From Dendrobates tinctorius (Eukaryota), in assembly GCF_039654945.1 (NCBI RefSeq), contig NW_027361844.1, positions 19,282,001 to 19,346,000 on the forward strand: a DNA stretch of 64,000 bases. The letters run 5' to 3'. Below are positions 26,533-36,825 of this stretch, piece by piece. The notes under the pieces are model-generated. The model did not search any database, was not told the DNA's origin, and saw only the letters and a list, made by a program, of their open reading frames with translations. A program made the position numbers and the translations under genes. Numbering within the stretch: the first letter of the stretch is position 1; each line of letters begins with the position of its first letter.

Positions 26533-27830
26533 TGTGGCGCCCCTGAGGGTTCAGTCGCCACAGAGGTACTGCACCTCCTCCTGAGGTGTGGTACCCCATC
26601 ATCCAGGTAAGGTGGAGACACCTGACCACACTCCAACACCTGCACCCTACACCACAAAATAGTGTAGCAAAGCACCTTCGGCGGCTCCCTGCTTGGAGTG
26701 TAGCATAGCACCCCTTGGTGGCACCCTGCTTGGAACACGAAACGTGCTGGGAGGTGGGTGGAGTTTAGTTCACATAAAAGAGCGGGAAGAGTTGAGTCAG
26801 TCAGTCAGTGAGTGAGGATGTAGAAGGACAGAGAGTGAGAAAGAGAAGATCCCCGGGAGAGGGATGGAAGAAGGAAGTGCTGCAGCAGGCCACAGTGATC
26901 TGGGTCTGCTGGCACAGGAAAGAGACAGAGAAAGGAAGCTTGATTCTCCATTGGGAAGAAGGATTAGCACGGAACGTAAGGAGAATAAGAGAACAAGGAC
27001 CAGGGTTAGAGAAGAACCCATTTCAAGTTCTAAGCGCAAGGCCGGGGTCCGGTCCTCGAGGTTGTACGGATACTAATGGTCCTGCAGCAGACACCAGAGG
27101 AATAGAAGTAGTGACCACTTTATTCCCACACAAGACTTGGGGGCACAACAGCAACATATTAGTGAGCCGGGACTTGGTAGCAAGGAGTCCCCGAAGCAGG
27201 CTACAGCTGTCTGCCGTACAAGTAAAGTTCATAGGAACATCTGACAGGAGGAACTCCAGTGTAACTCAGTACTAGGAGTACTTCATTCAAAGGCGCTATA
27301 AGAGGAGACGTTCAGAAAAGGCACATATGTTGGCGGAGTGTTGGAAAGGAGTACTTCATCTTGCCTGGAAGTTGGCGGAGCTCCTGACCCGGAGGACACG
27401 GCATGGATGCGGGCACCTGTACCTGCAACAGACTGTAAGTAAAGCTTTGGAACTACATGCCCTGGTGTCCTCCACTTATTCCTGCGCCAACCTGCCCAGC
27501 ACGGCTACATCCCTTGCGCCTGACACTACACCATCTAAGTGTTACTTCATCTACACTGCCCTGGGACTACAGCCCTGCCTGTGGAGGGCTATAACATCAC
27601 TGCTGCACCACACCATCTGTCCCAGAGGATCTGTCTGCAGCGCAGGCTTACATCTCTATTGCCGAACACCACAGGTGGCGTCACAAATCACTCATCATCA
27701 GCACACTGAACATTCCCCTTTTACAATGGGCGCCCAGGGCCACGGGCCGGGTCCCAGCTGCCGTGACATCTCCCATTGAAGCTCATCGGGCCTGGTACCG
27801 AGTATCCCACTGCCCTGGGAGGGCGACCCA
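26533..27830 (+). repeat. 5' LTR (1298 bp)
   Basis: Direct repeat of 39028-40336. Confidence 0.93.
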
Positions 27831-27833
27831 ACT

Positions 27834-27851
27834 TGGCGTCACGAACAGGAT
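27834..27851 (+). promoter_or_regulatory. Primer-binding site, tRNA-Ser(CGA)
   Basis: TGGCGTCACGAACAGGAT is the reverse complement of the vertebrate tRNA-Ser(CGA) 3' end ATCCTGTTCGTGACGCCA (recalled). Lies 3 nt after the LTR. Confidence 0.85.
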
Positions 27852-27961
27852 GACGAAGCCCGGTGCCACCGGGTTCTGTGTGCCTACGATTTATTGGACT
27901 TGAAAGTTTGTGGAAATGTGCAAAAGACCCAATTTGATGGACTGTAAAATGAATGCTAAAA

Positions 27962-29200
27962 ATGGCCACCAGCGCGGTGAAGAAGGGCGTTTTAATATGG
28001 GTGGTCCTAAGAAAAGAGCGCAAACTGTCCTGGGCCTCCCCTGTCTGAACTTATGCGACAGCAACGTGGCCCACCCCCCGAGGGGTTCGTATACTGGCCT
28101 GGTATGGAGGAGTAGGAAAAAGACGCCGCCCTCAGAAGGAGGATGAGATTGCCCGGCTGACTCATGAACTGTGGCTGAAGCAGGAGGCGCTCTGGAGGAA
28201 GAAGTGGCAGCCGGCCCTGGAGGGGCCTACAGCCGCGGTACCTCAGTCACCGGTACCCGCCACTGCTGCACTGGATCTCCCCCAGGCAAACCCTGTAGAG
28301 CTTGCAGCTGCTGCCATACCACCGGTAGTGTCTGTCACCACTGCCCCGCTGTCACCATCACTGGGAGAGGACTGCCAGGAGGAGTTGTCCAAAGGCCCGG
28401 GAGCTGAAGAGGAAGAAGCTGCTCTCCCGCCTGGACCTGACGCGGCCGCGCAGGTCCCACCGGAGACCCCTGCGGACCCAGAGCCGCCATCTGCTCCACC
28501 ACCGCCAGCATCCGGACCGGCTACCCCTGTGGATACCCCTGCAGCGGCCCACTGTCTCAGGCCTGCACCAGAACCGCAACACCGCCAGGAGGCACCAGGT
28601 ATGGCCGTCACCCCTGAAACCAGGGAAGCCACTGGGTGCCCGCCGGCCACAGCAGACAGGTAGTGCTAGACTTGGTCTGGGACCAGGATACTAGTTCATG
28701 GGGGGAGACACCTGAACCCCTAACAGTGTTGTCGCGGTCCGCGGTGGGCAGGGGCCGGTCCCGGGAAGAGGAGTCCTATTGCCAGCAGACCCTCCGCCAA
28801 CTGGCAGCGGAGCAGAGAGAGAACAGAGGAGACTGGCTGTGCTAGGCCCAGATCTGGACCGGAAGGAAAAGGTCCATGCAGGTCACTATGGTCCCCGGGA
28901 CTCGGCTGGATGGGGACAGGTCCTCAATGTGAACCACGAGCGGGGGTTTGGGTTCATTGCAGACCCCAAGAGGATCAGTGACCTGTTCTTCAGCAGGCGA
29001 GATGTGGAGTCACACCTGAGGAAGGGACACCCTGCTATAGACCTGCAACTGGGGGAACATGTAACCTTTACCCGGCATGAGGGACTGCGTGGATGGTACG
29101 CGCTGAACATGCGCCGCATTCCTGAAGACTGTATTGCGGCCTATAAGAAGGAACATGCTTATGTTCCCCCAGCAGGAGTGACACCCACTGTAATGATTAC
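27962..29200 (+). pseudogene. Frameshifted retroelement ORF: short helical N-terminus, Pro/Ala/Glu linker, cold-shock domain (28914-29120); continues at 38082-38199
   Basis: GQVLNVNHERGFGFIADPKRISDLFFSRRDVES..LQLGEHVTFTRHEGLRGWYALNMRRI aligns by eye to CspA/Y-box CSDs (RNP1 KGFGFI, RNP2 DVFVH, L.EG..V.F....G..G..A.NV). Confidence 0.75.
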
Positions 29201-29990
29201 TAGAGTTGAGCGAAACGGGTCGAAAAATTTCAAAAGTCGCCGACTTTTGGCAAAGTCGGGTTTCATGAAACGAAACTCGACCCTAGGATGAGGTCGGCCA
29301 CGAGGTCGGCGACTTACGCGCCAAAGTCGCGTTTCAAAAGTTTGTTTTGCTCTCTTTTTCAGCCAATCAGGATCCACGGACACTGTGGGCAACGTGATGA
29401 CATAGGCAGGGGTCACCACCATCTTTCAGAAGGGCATGCAAGTGATTGACTTGCTTTGGTGGGCGTCACAGGGGGTATAAAAGGGCGTGCACGCCGACCG
29501 CCATCTTACTTCTGCCGATCTCAGTATAGGGAGAGGTTGCTGCTGATTCTGTAGGGAGAGCATTAGGCAGGGAAGAAGACAAAAAAACTGCTTCTGCTGC
29601 TAGCGATTTGGCCTGCACAACACACCAGTTACTGTGTGTGCAGTGCAAGGGGAGGCTATATAGTGGTGTATCAGTGGTGTTGGTTGTTGGGCTGCCTTCT
29701 AAGGCTTCCTGACATTCCTGCATTGCTGTTTACCCACTGCTCCGCAAACTGCTTTTTTAAAAGCAATCCCAATTTTTTTTTTTTGTCCTGCTGAGAAGAA
29801 AAAAAAACTGCTTCTACTGCTAGCGATTTGGCCTGCACAACACACCAGTCACTGTGTGTGCAGTGCAAGGGGAGGCTATATTGTGGTGTATCAGTGGTGT
29901 TGGTTGTTGGGCTGCCTTTTAAGGCTTCCTGACAGGCTGGCATTGCTGTTTACCCACTGCTCTGCAAACTGCTTTTTTAAAAGCAATCCA

Positions 29991-31552
29991 ATCTCCCTTA
30001 TCCTCTAGTCACTTTTGTCACAGCTGTGCCATCGAGCCTGTGACATAGCGCTCAGATATCAGTGGCCCTCACAAAATCCAAAAGTGTCCAGTGTCCACAA
30101 GTGTCTGCAGAAATTCAAAATCTCCCTTATCCTCTCGTCACTTTGGTCACAGCTGTGCCATCGAGCCTGTCACATAGCGCTCAGATATTCATTGGGCCTC
30201 ACACAATCCAAAAGTGTCCAGTGTCCACAAGTGTGTGCAGAAATTCAAAATCTCCCTTATCCTCTAGTCACTTTGGTCACAGCTGTGCCATCGAGCCTGT
30301 CACATAGCGCTCAGATATTCATTGGGCCTCACACAATCCAAAAGTGTCCAGTGTCCACAAGTGTGTGCAGAAATTCAAAATCTCCCTTATCCTCTAGTCA
30401 CTTTGGTCACAGCTGTGCCATCGAGCCTGTCACATAGCGCTCAGATATTCATTGGGTCTCACACAATCCAAAAGTGTCCAGTGTCCACAAGTGTGTGCAG
30501 AAATTCAAAATCTCCCTTATCCTCTCGTCACTTTTGTCACAGCTGTGCCATCGAGCCTGTGACATAGCGCTCAGATATCAGTGGGCCTCACACAATCCAA
30601 AAGTGTCCAGTGTCCACAAGTGTCTGCAGAAATTCAAAATCTCCCTTATCCTCTAGTCACTTTGGTCACAGCTGTGCCATCGAGCCTGTCACATAGCGCT
30701 CAGATATTCATTGGGCCTCACACAATCCAAAAGTGTCCAGTGTCCACAAGTGTGTGCAGAAATTCAAAATCTCCCTTATCCTCTAGTCACTTTGGTCACA
30801 GCTGTGCCATCGAGCCTGTCACATAGCGCTCAGATATTCATTGGGCCTCACACAATCCAAAAGTGTCCAGTGTCCACAAGTGTGTGCAGAAATTCAAAAT
30901 CTCCCTTATCCTCTAGTCACTTTGGTCACAGCTGTGCCATCGAGCCTGTCACATAGCGCTCAGATATTCATTGGGTCTCAAACAATCCAAAAGTGTCCAG
31001 TGTCCACAAGTGTGTGCAGAAATTCAAAATCTCCCTTATCCTTGCGTCACTTTTGTCACAGCTGTGCCATCGAGCCTGTGACATAGCGCTCAGATATCAG
31101 TGGCCCTCACACAATCCAAAAGTGTCCAGTGTCCACAAGTGTCTGCAGAAATTCAAAATCTCCCTTATCCTCTCGTCATTTTTGTCACAGCTGTGCCATC
31201 GAGCCTGTGACATAGCGCTCAGATATCAGTGGGCCTCACACAATCCAAAAGTGTCCAGTGTCCACAAGTGTCTGCAGAAATTCAAAATCTCCCTTATCCT
31301 CTCGTCACTTTTGTCACAGCTGTGCCATCGAGCCTGTGACATAGCGCTCAGATATCAGTGGCCCTCACACAATCCAAAAGTGTCCAGTGTCCACAAGTGT
31401 CTGCAGAAATTCAAAATCTCCCTTATCCTCTCGTCACTTTTGTCACAGCTGTGCCATCGAGCCTGTGACATAGCACTCAGATATCAGTGGGCCTCACACA
31501 ATCCAAAAGTGTCCAGTGTCCACAAGTGTCTGCAGAAATTCAAAATCTCCCC
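29991..31552. repeat. 129/130-bp tandem array, ~12 copies (5' internal array of the hAT)
   Basis: Unit ATCTCCCTTATCCTCTAGTCACTTTGGTCACAGCTGTGCCATCGAGCC...GCAGAAATTCAAA. Two variants (ATTCATTGGG vs ATCAGTGGG). Confidence 0.97.
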
Positions 31553-31627
31553 TGTCCTATAGACACCTTGTACCTTGTTTTACATTACTATATAGTTTGT
31601 TGGATTTTGTCTACATTTCTACCAAAA

Positions 31628-34600
31628 ATGAGGAAGGCTGGTAGAAGAGGCCGTTGAATTGGGCGGGGGTTGGCAGCTGGTAATGATGGTGTTGGTGGTG
31701 GATCTGATGGTAGTGGCAAGAGCAAAATAGGACCGAATGCAGGAGGTGTTGAGCCTGCGTCATCGTCTGGCTACATAAGGCCTCGAACGCTTAGTTTTCT
31801 AGGAGTTGGCAAACCGCTTTTAAAGCCAGAGCATCAGGAAAAAGTTTTGTCTTACATTGCTGACTCAGCCTCCAGCTCTATCGCCTCCTCTTCTTCAGTT
31901 GTAAAAAGTAAAAGCACTGAGTCGTCATTGGAGGCTCATGTTCGTGAACCACACCTTTCCTTGTGTCCTTCACCCCAACCAAGATTGAAGGATGACGCAG
32001 GCCATACTACTGATTACTCCATGGAGCTGTTTTCACATACCATGCCTGGATTATCAAGTCAAATGGTGAATTACCCAGGCCAAGATGAATCTGACATGGA
32101 GTGCACTGATGCACAGCCGCTGATGGATGATTCTGCTGGTACATTCACTCAGAGCACTACATTGTCCTCGCAGTGTACAGAGCCAGATTCTGACCCTGAT
32201 GAGACTCAGGTGCCCCTTCCCGCACACTATACCACCATACACGGTGACACAGAGGAAGGTGCACATGACATAGAAGAGGAGGTGATGGATGACCCAGTTG
32301 TTGACCCAGATTGGCATCCATTGGGGGAAGAGGGTGCTGCTTCCAATAGCTCAGATGAGGAGCATCCACAGCAGACATCGACATCGCAACAGCTGTTATC
32401 TGGCAGGCCCGGAGCACTCCAAAGACAGGTTCCAAACATCAAAAGAGTTGCTGGACAGCTTGTCCAGAGGGTCAAAAGATCACAGCGTGCTAGGCCGCAA
32501 AATGTCTGCCAAAGTAGGAAGAGTGCAGTGTGGCACTTTTTTGACCAAAATCCTCATGATCAGGCCAAGGTTATCTGTAAGAAGTGCGCAAAGACCTTTA
32601 GCCGAGGGAAAAATCTGAAAAATTTGAATACCAGTTGCATGCTTAGACATTTAACCAGCATGCACTTGCAAGCGTGGACACAACACCAAACCTCAAGTGC
32701 CACATGTGCAACTGATCACAACGAAGGTAGTCAGCAACGCTACATTGTTTCCCCCACTGTAAGCCCACCGGTTAGCACAGCAGCAAATGTTGAGGTGTCG
32801 TTGCAAGGCCACAGCAGTCAGGGAATCCCACTGTTATATCAACGAAAGACTGATTCTAGGCCATCAGAAAGAACACCAACTCCATCACCATCATCAACCC
32901 TCTCTCAGTCCGCCCTGTCCACCGCTACTTCCACCATATGCAGCTCTCAAGTCCAGCTCACCCTCCCAGACACTATGAGTAGGTCAAGAAAGCACTCAGT
33001 CTCTCATCCGCGTACACTGGGTTTGAACGCCCACATTGCCAAACTAATCTCGTTTGAGATGATGCCCTTTCGGTTGGTGGAAAGCACAGCTTTCCGCGAA
33101 CTCATGGCCTATGCAGTACCACGCTATGACCTACCCAGTCGCCACTTCTTCTCTCGCAAAGCCATCCCAGCCCTCCACCATCATGTGAAAGACCGCATTG
33201 TCCATGCACTCAAGCAGTCAGTGAGCGGAAAGGTGCACCTCACAACTGATGCATGGTCCAGTCGGCATGGCCAGGGCCGTTACGTGTCCATCACTGCGCA
33301 CTGGGTTAATGTGGTGGATGCAGGGTCCACAGGGGACAGCGGTGGTGGGACAGTGCTGCCTAGCCCACGGTATAGGAAACAGTTGGCTGTAGGCGTTCGA
33401 CCCTCCTCCTTCTCCAGAAGCGAAAGCTCTTCCACAGAGCGCAGTCGTACGAGCACTCCATCTGCAGCTGCCACTGTTGCACACGATGTGTCCCCCTATC
33501 GAGCAGCTAGTGGAAAGCGTCAGCAGGCTGTGTTGCAGATGATGTGTTTGGGCAACAGACACACCGCCGAGGTGCTGGCCGAGTACTTGAAGCGACAAAC
33601 TGAGTCATGGCTGGGCAGTGTACATCTTGAGGCAGGCAAGGTAGTTAGTGATAACGGCCGTAATTTTGTGGCAGCCATAGCCCTTTCAAAACTCAGCCAT
33701 ATACCTTGCTTGGCTCACACCTTGAACCTGGTGGTGCAGTGCTTCCTCAAAAATTATCCGGAGTTAACAGCCCTGCTCCAGAAGGTGCGAAGACTGTGCG
33801 CGCACATCCGCCGGTCGCCTGTACACTCCGTTCGTATGCAGAAGCTGCAGCGATTGCTCCACCTTCCCAACCACCGCCTCATTATCGACATTGCAACAAG
33901 GTGGAACTCCACCCTGCACATGGTGAAGTGGCTGTGCGAGCAGAGGCAGGCCATAATGCATTTGTGGGAGGATACACGGCCAGGCACTTTGAGAGCAGAC
34001 ATGGAGTTGACAGGTGTGCAGTGGTCGAAGCTGAAAGACCTCTGTAAAGTCCTTCAGTGTTTTGAGGAATGCACACGGCTGGTAAGCGCAGACGACGCCA
34101 TCCTAAGCATGAGCATCCCACTTATGCGTCTGCTCATGCAAACTTTGACGCACCTTAAGGAGCAGGCGTCTGCAGCCAATGTTGATGAGGAGGAAGAGGA
34201 GGAGGGAATCCTTGATGACATTCAGCCATTGTCTGCTCAGGGACCTCTCCTGGACGAGGTGGAGGAAGAAGAGGAGGAGGAGGAGGATGATGGGGATGAT
34301 TACTTAGGGGAGGAGGATGCATCTCGTGGGGCAAGTGAAAATGTTGGCGTGGCAAGGTCTGGTACAGGGTTTGTGCGTGACTGGAGGGATGTGGATTTGC
34401 CAGAAAGTGCTCCTCCAACCAGCACTCGCAGTGCATCATTGACACCGGGAACATTGGCCCACATGTCAGATTATGCCTTGCAGATCCTAAAAAGGGACCC
34501 ACGCATTGCCAAAATGATGAACGATGACGACTACTGGTTGGCCAGCATCCTGGATCCACGCTATAAAGGCAAATTACAAAACATCATGCCACAGGAGAAC

Positions 34601-35161
34601 CTTGACCTAATATTGGCTAATAAACAAGCAACTCTGGTAAATCGGTTGCTTGAGGCATTCCCAGCACACAGCAGCGGTGATGGTTCTCACACGAGCCGTA
34701 CGGGCCGGGGGCAGCTTGGCAGAGGTGTTCGTGGTGCACACAGCAGAAGTGGCGTTGGAGACAGGGGTTTCATGACAATGTTGTGGACTGATTTTTCAAG
34801 TACCGCTCACACAACTGGTAATACTGCATCGATGGAAAGTGACAGGAGACAGCAGTTGTCAACTATGGTTACAAACTACTTTTCCTCCCATATCGATGTT
34901 CTCCCACACAGGTCATTCCCCTTTGACTATTGGGCCGCTAAACTGGACACCTGGCCTGAATTGGCACAATATGCCTTACAGGAGCTCGCTTGCCCAGCTG
35001 CAAGTGTGCTATCGGAAAGAGTCTTCAGTGCAGCTGGATCAATCCTGACAGAAAAAAGGACCCGTCTGTCAACCCAAAATGTGGATGATCTAACCTTCAT
35101 TAAAATGAACCACGCATGGGTTTCCAAGGATTTTGTCCCACCTTCCCCTGATGACACATAG
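31628..35161 (+). CDS. hAT transposase (BED zinc finger, DDE core, C-terminal dimerisation domain), with an in-frame TGA at codon 10
   Basis: Intronless open frame of >1160 codons. BED SAVWHFF..CKKC..MLRHLTSMH; LTTDAWS; VVSDNG; CLAHTLNL; TRWNS; SVLSERVFSAAG. ATG at 31628 is followed by TGA at 31655; the next in-frame ATG at 32021 gives 1046 aa. Confidence 0.93.
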
Positions 35162-35580
35162 GGTGACAGAAAAATGGCTTGCTTTGGTCCACCTCTTCCT
35201 GGGACTTGACCTATTTCACCTTTTGCATCAGCTGAATGTCCAACATCAACATATGCCACTTTCTAAAACTCCCTAACTGTGCTGCCTCCCCCCCCATGGC
35301 CGGGGTCACCACCTAGCGCACGACACCGTGCGAGTGCCGTTGCCCTGGACAGGTGGGTAGGCCGACTCTTGGGCGCGGGCACTGGCACAGGGTCCTTCAT
35401 AGTGCAATCAAGTGTCTCTGACGGTGGTGGTGCACACCCGCCGTCAGACACACCGCCGTACTATGAGGGGCCCAGTGCCAGTACCGACGCCCACGAGTGG
35501 GCCCCCCTTGCTTGGGCAGGGCCCCAGCATTTGCAATCTTTACCTCTCCCTGCTCCTCCGCTGTGTAGTCTGGGCCGTCA

Positions 35581-36243
35581 AATCCATACTGTGCCTGACA
35601 CCGTCTGAGCTTGCCTCCTGATGTATAGACATATATTTTGAATGTGTACGCTATCCATACATGTTATCTGGGGATACGGTACCCTTTCTAACCTTTGTGC
35701 AATCAAGTGCAATCCATACTGGGCCTAACACCGTCTGAGCCTGCCTCCTGATGTATAGACATATATTTTGAATGTGTACGCTATCCATACATGTTATCCG
35801 GGGAAACAGTACCCTTTCTAACCTTTGTGCAATCACGTGCAATCCATACTGGGCCTAACACCGTCTGAGCCTGCCTCCTGATGTATAGACATATATTTTG
35901 AATGTGTACGCTATCCATACATGTTATCTGGGGATACGGTACCCTTTCTAACCTTTGTGCAATCACTTGCAAGCCATACTGGGCCTTACACCGTCTGAGC
36001 CTGCCTCCTGATGTATAGACATATATTTTGAATGTGTACGCTATCCATACATGTTATCCGGGGATACGGTACCCTTTCTAACCTTTGTGCAATCACGTGC
36101 AATCCATACTGGGCCTAACACCGTCTGAGCCTGCCTCCTGATGTATAGACATATATTTTGAATGTGTACGCTATCCATACATGTTATCTGGGGATACGGT
36201 ACCCTTTCTCACCTTTGTGCAATCACGTGTAATCCATACTGGG
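35581..36243. repeat. 130-bp tandem array, ~5 copies (3' internal array of the hAT)
   Basis: Unit ATCCATACTGGGCCTAACACCGTCTGAGCCTGCCTCCTGATGTATAGAC... repeats every 130 bp. Confidence 0.95.
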
Positions 36244-36353
36244 CGTGAGAACGGCTGGCGAGCTGTTAAGCAAGCTACAGCACCTGTGGTTTGCACACGT
36301 AAGTTTTTCATTTTTTCAGGAATGACGGTTAGGCCTAATTCCGGAACTGAGGT

Positions 36354-36825
36354 TGACCTGCACTTACTGGGAAATCATTGTTCGCGGGTAATAATTGTAA
36401 TCAGTGATCCCCATCACTAACGTTGTTCAGCGGGTTATCTGCACCTGTAAGCGACAAACGCTGGCCTTTTCAGTGTAGCGCACATGCAGCCACAGACATG
36501 TAAGGGCATGACACACCAGTTATTGGCCAATCTCATGTGCCAGAGCCTCACGTGTCCCTCTAGTAAGCCGGACTCGGACCGCGGGGCATGACGGAGTCTC
36601 GTTCGTTAACGGAATTAAGCTTGCAATGTGTGCATCTGTTCTGTAGCTGGCATGGTTGAGGTTTCCCAGGTGGAGTCGAATTTAACCGTAGGCTCCACTC
36701 CTGGTGGTGCCCTTCTGGACATTCCTTTAAGGTTCAGCTTTGCAACCATACTGCCCACGTAAAACAAACACTTTGCCTTCATGAACGCTGTTTGGAGGGT
36801 CATGACTCGTGGGAATAACGCCGCC
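36354..36825 (-). pseudogene. RNA18S: Diverged 18S rRNA gene fragment inside hAT copy 2
   Basis: Same 18S-derived blocks as 481-951. Confidence 0.92.

Noticed and set aside
28914-29120. Bacterial csp gene or contamination, or a host YBX/LIN28 exon
   Set aside because: Embedded between two LTRs with TSD in vertebrate repeat context. Intronless, and lacks the KWFN motif typical of Csp/Y-box proteins.
29991-31552. CRISPR-like array or repetitive ORFs in the 130-bp array
   Set aside because: Units are full tandem copies without unique spacers, and the context is eukaryotic. The ORFs are by-products of the repeat.
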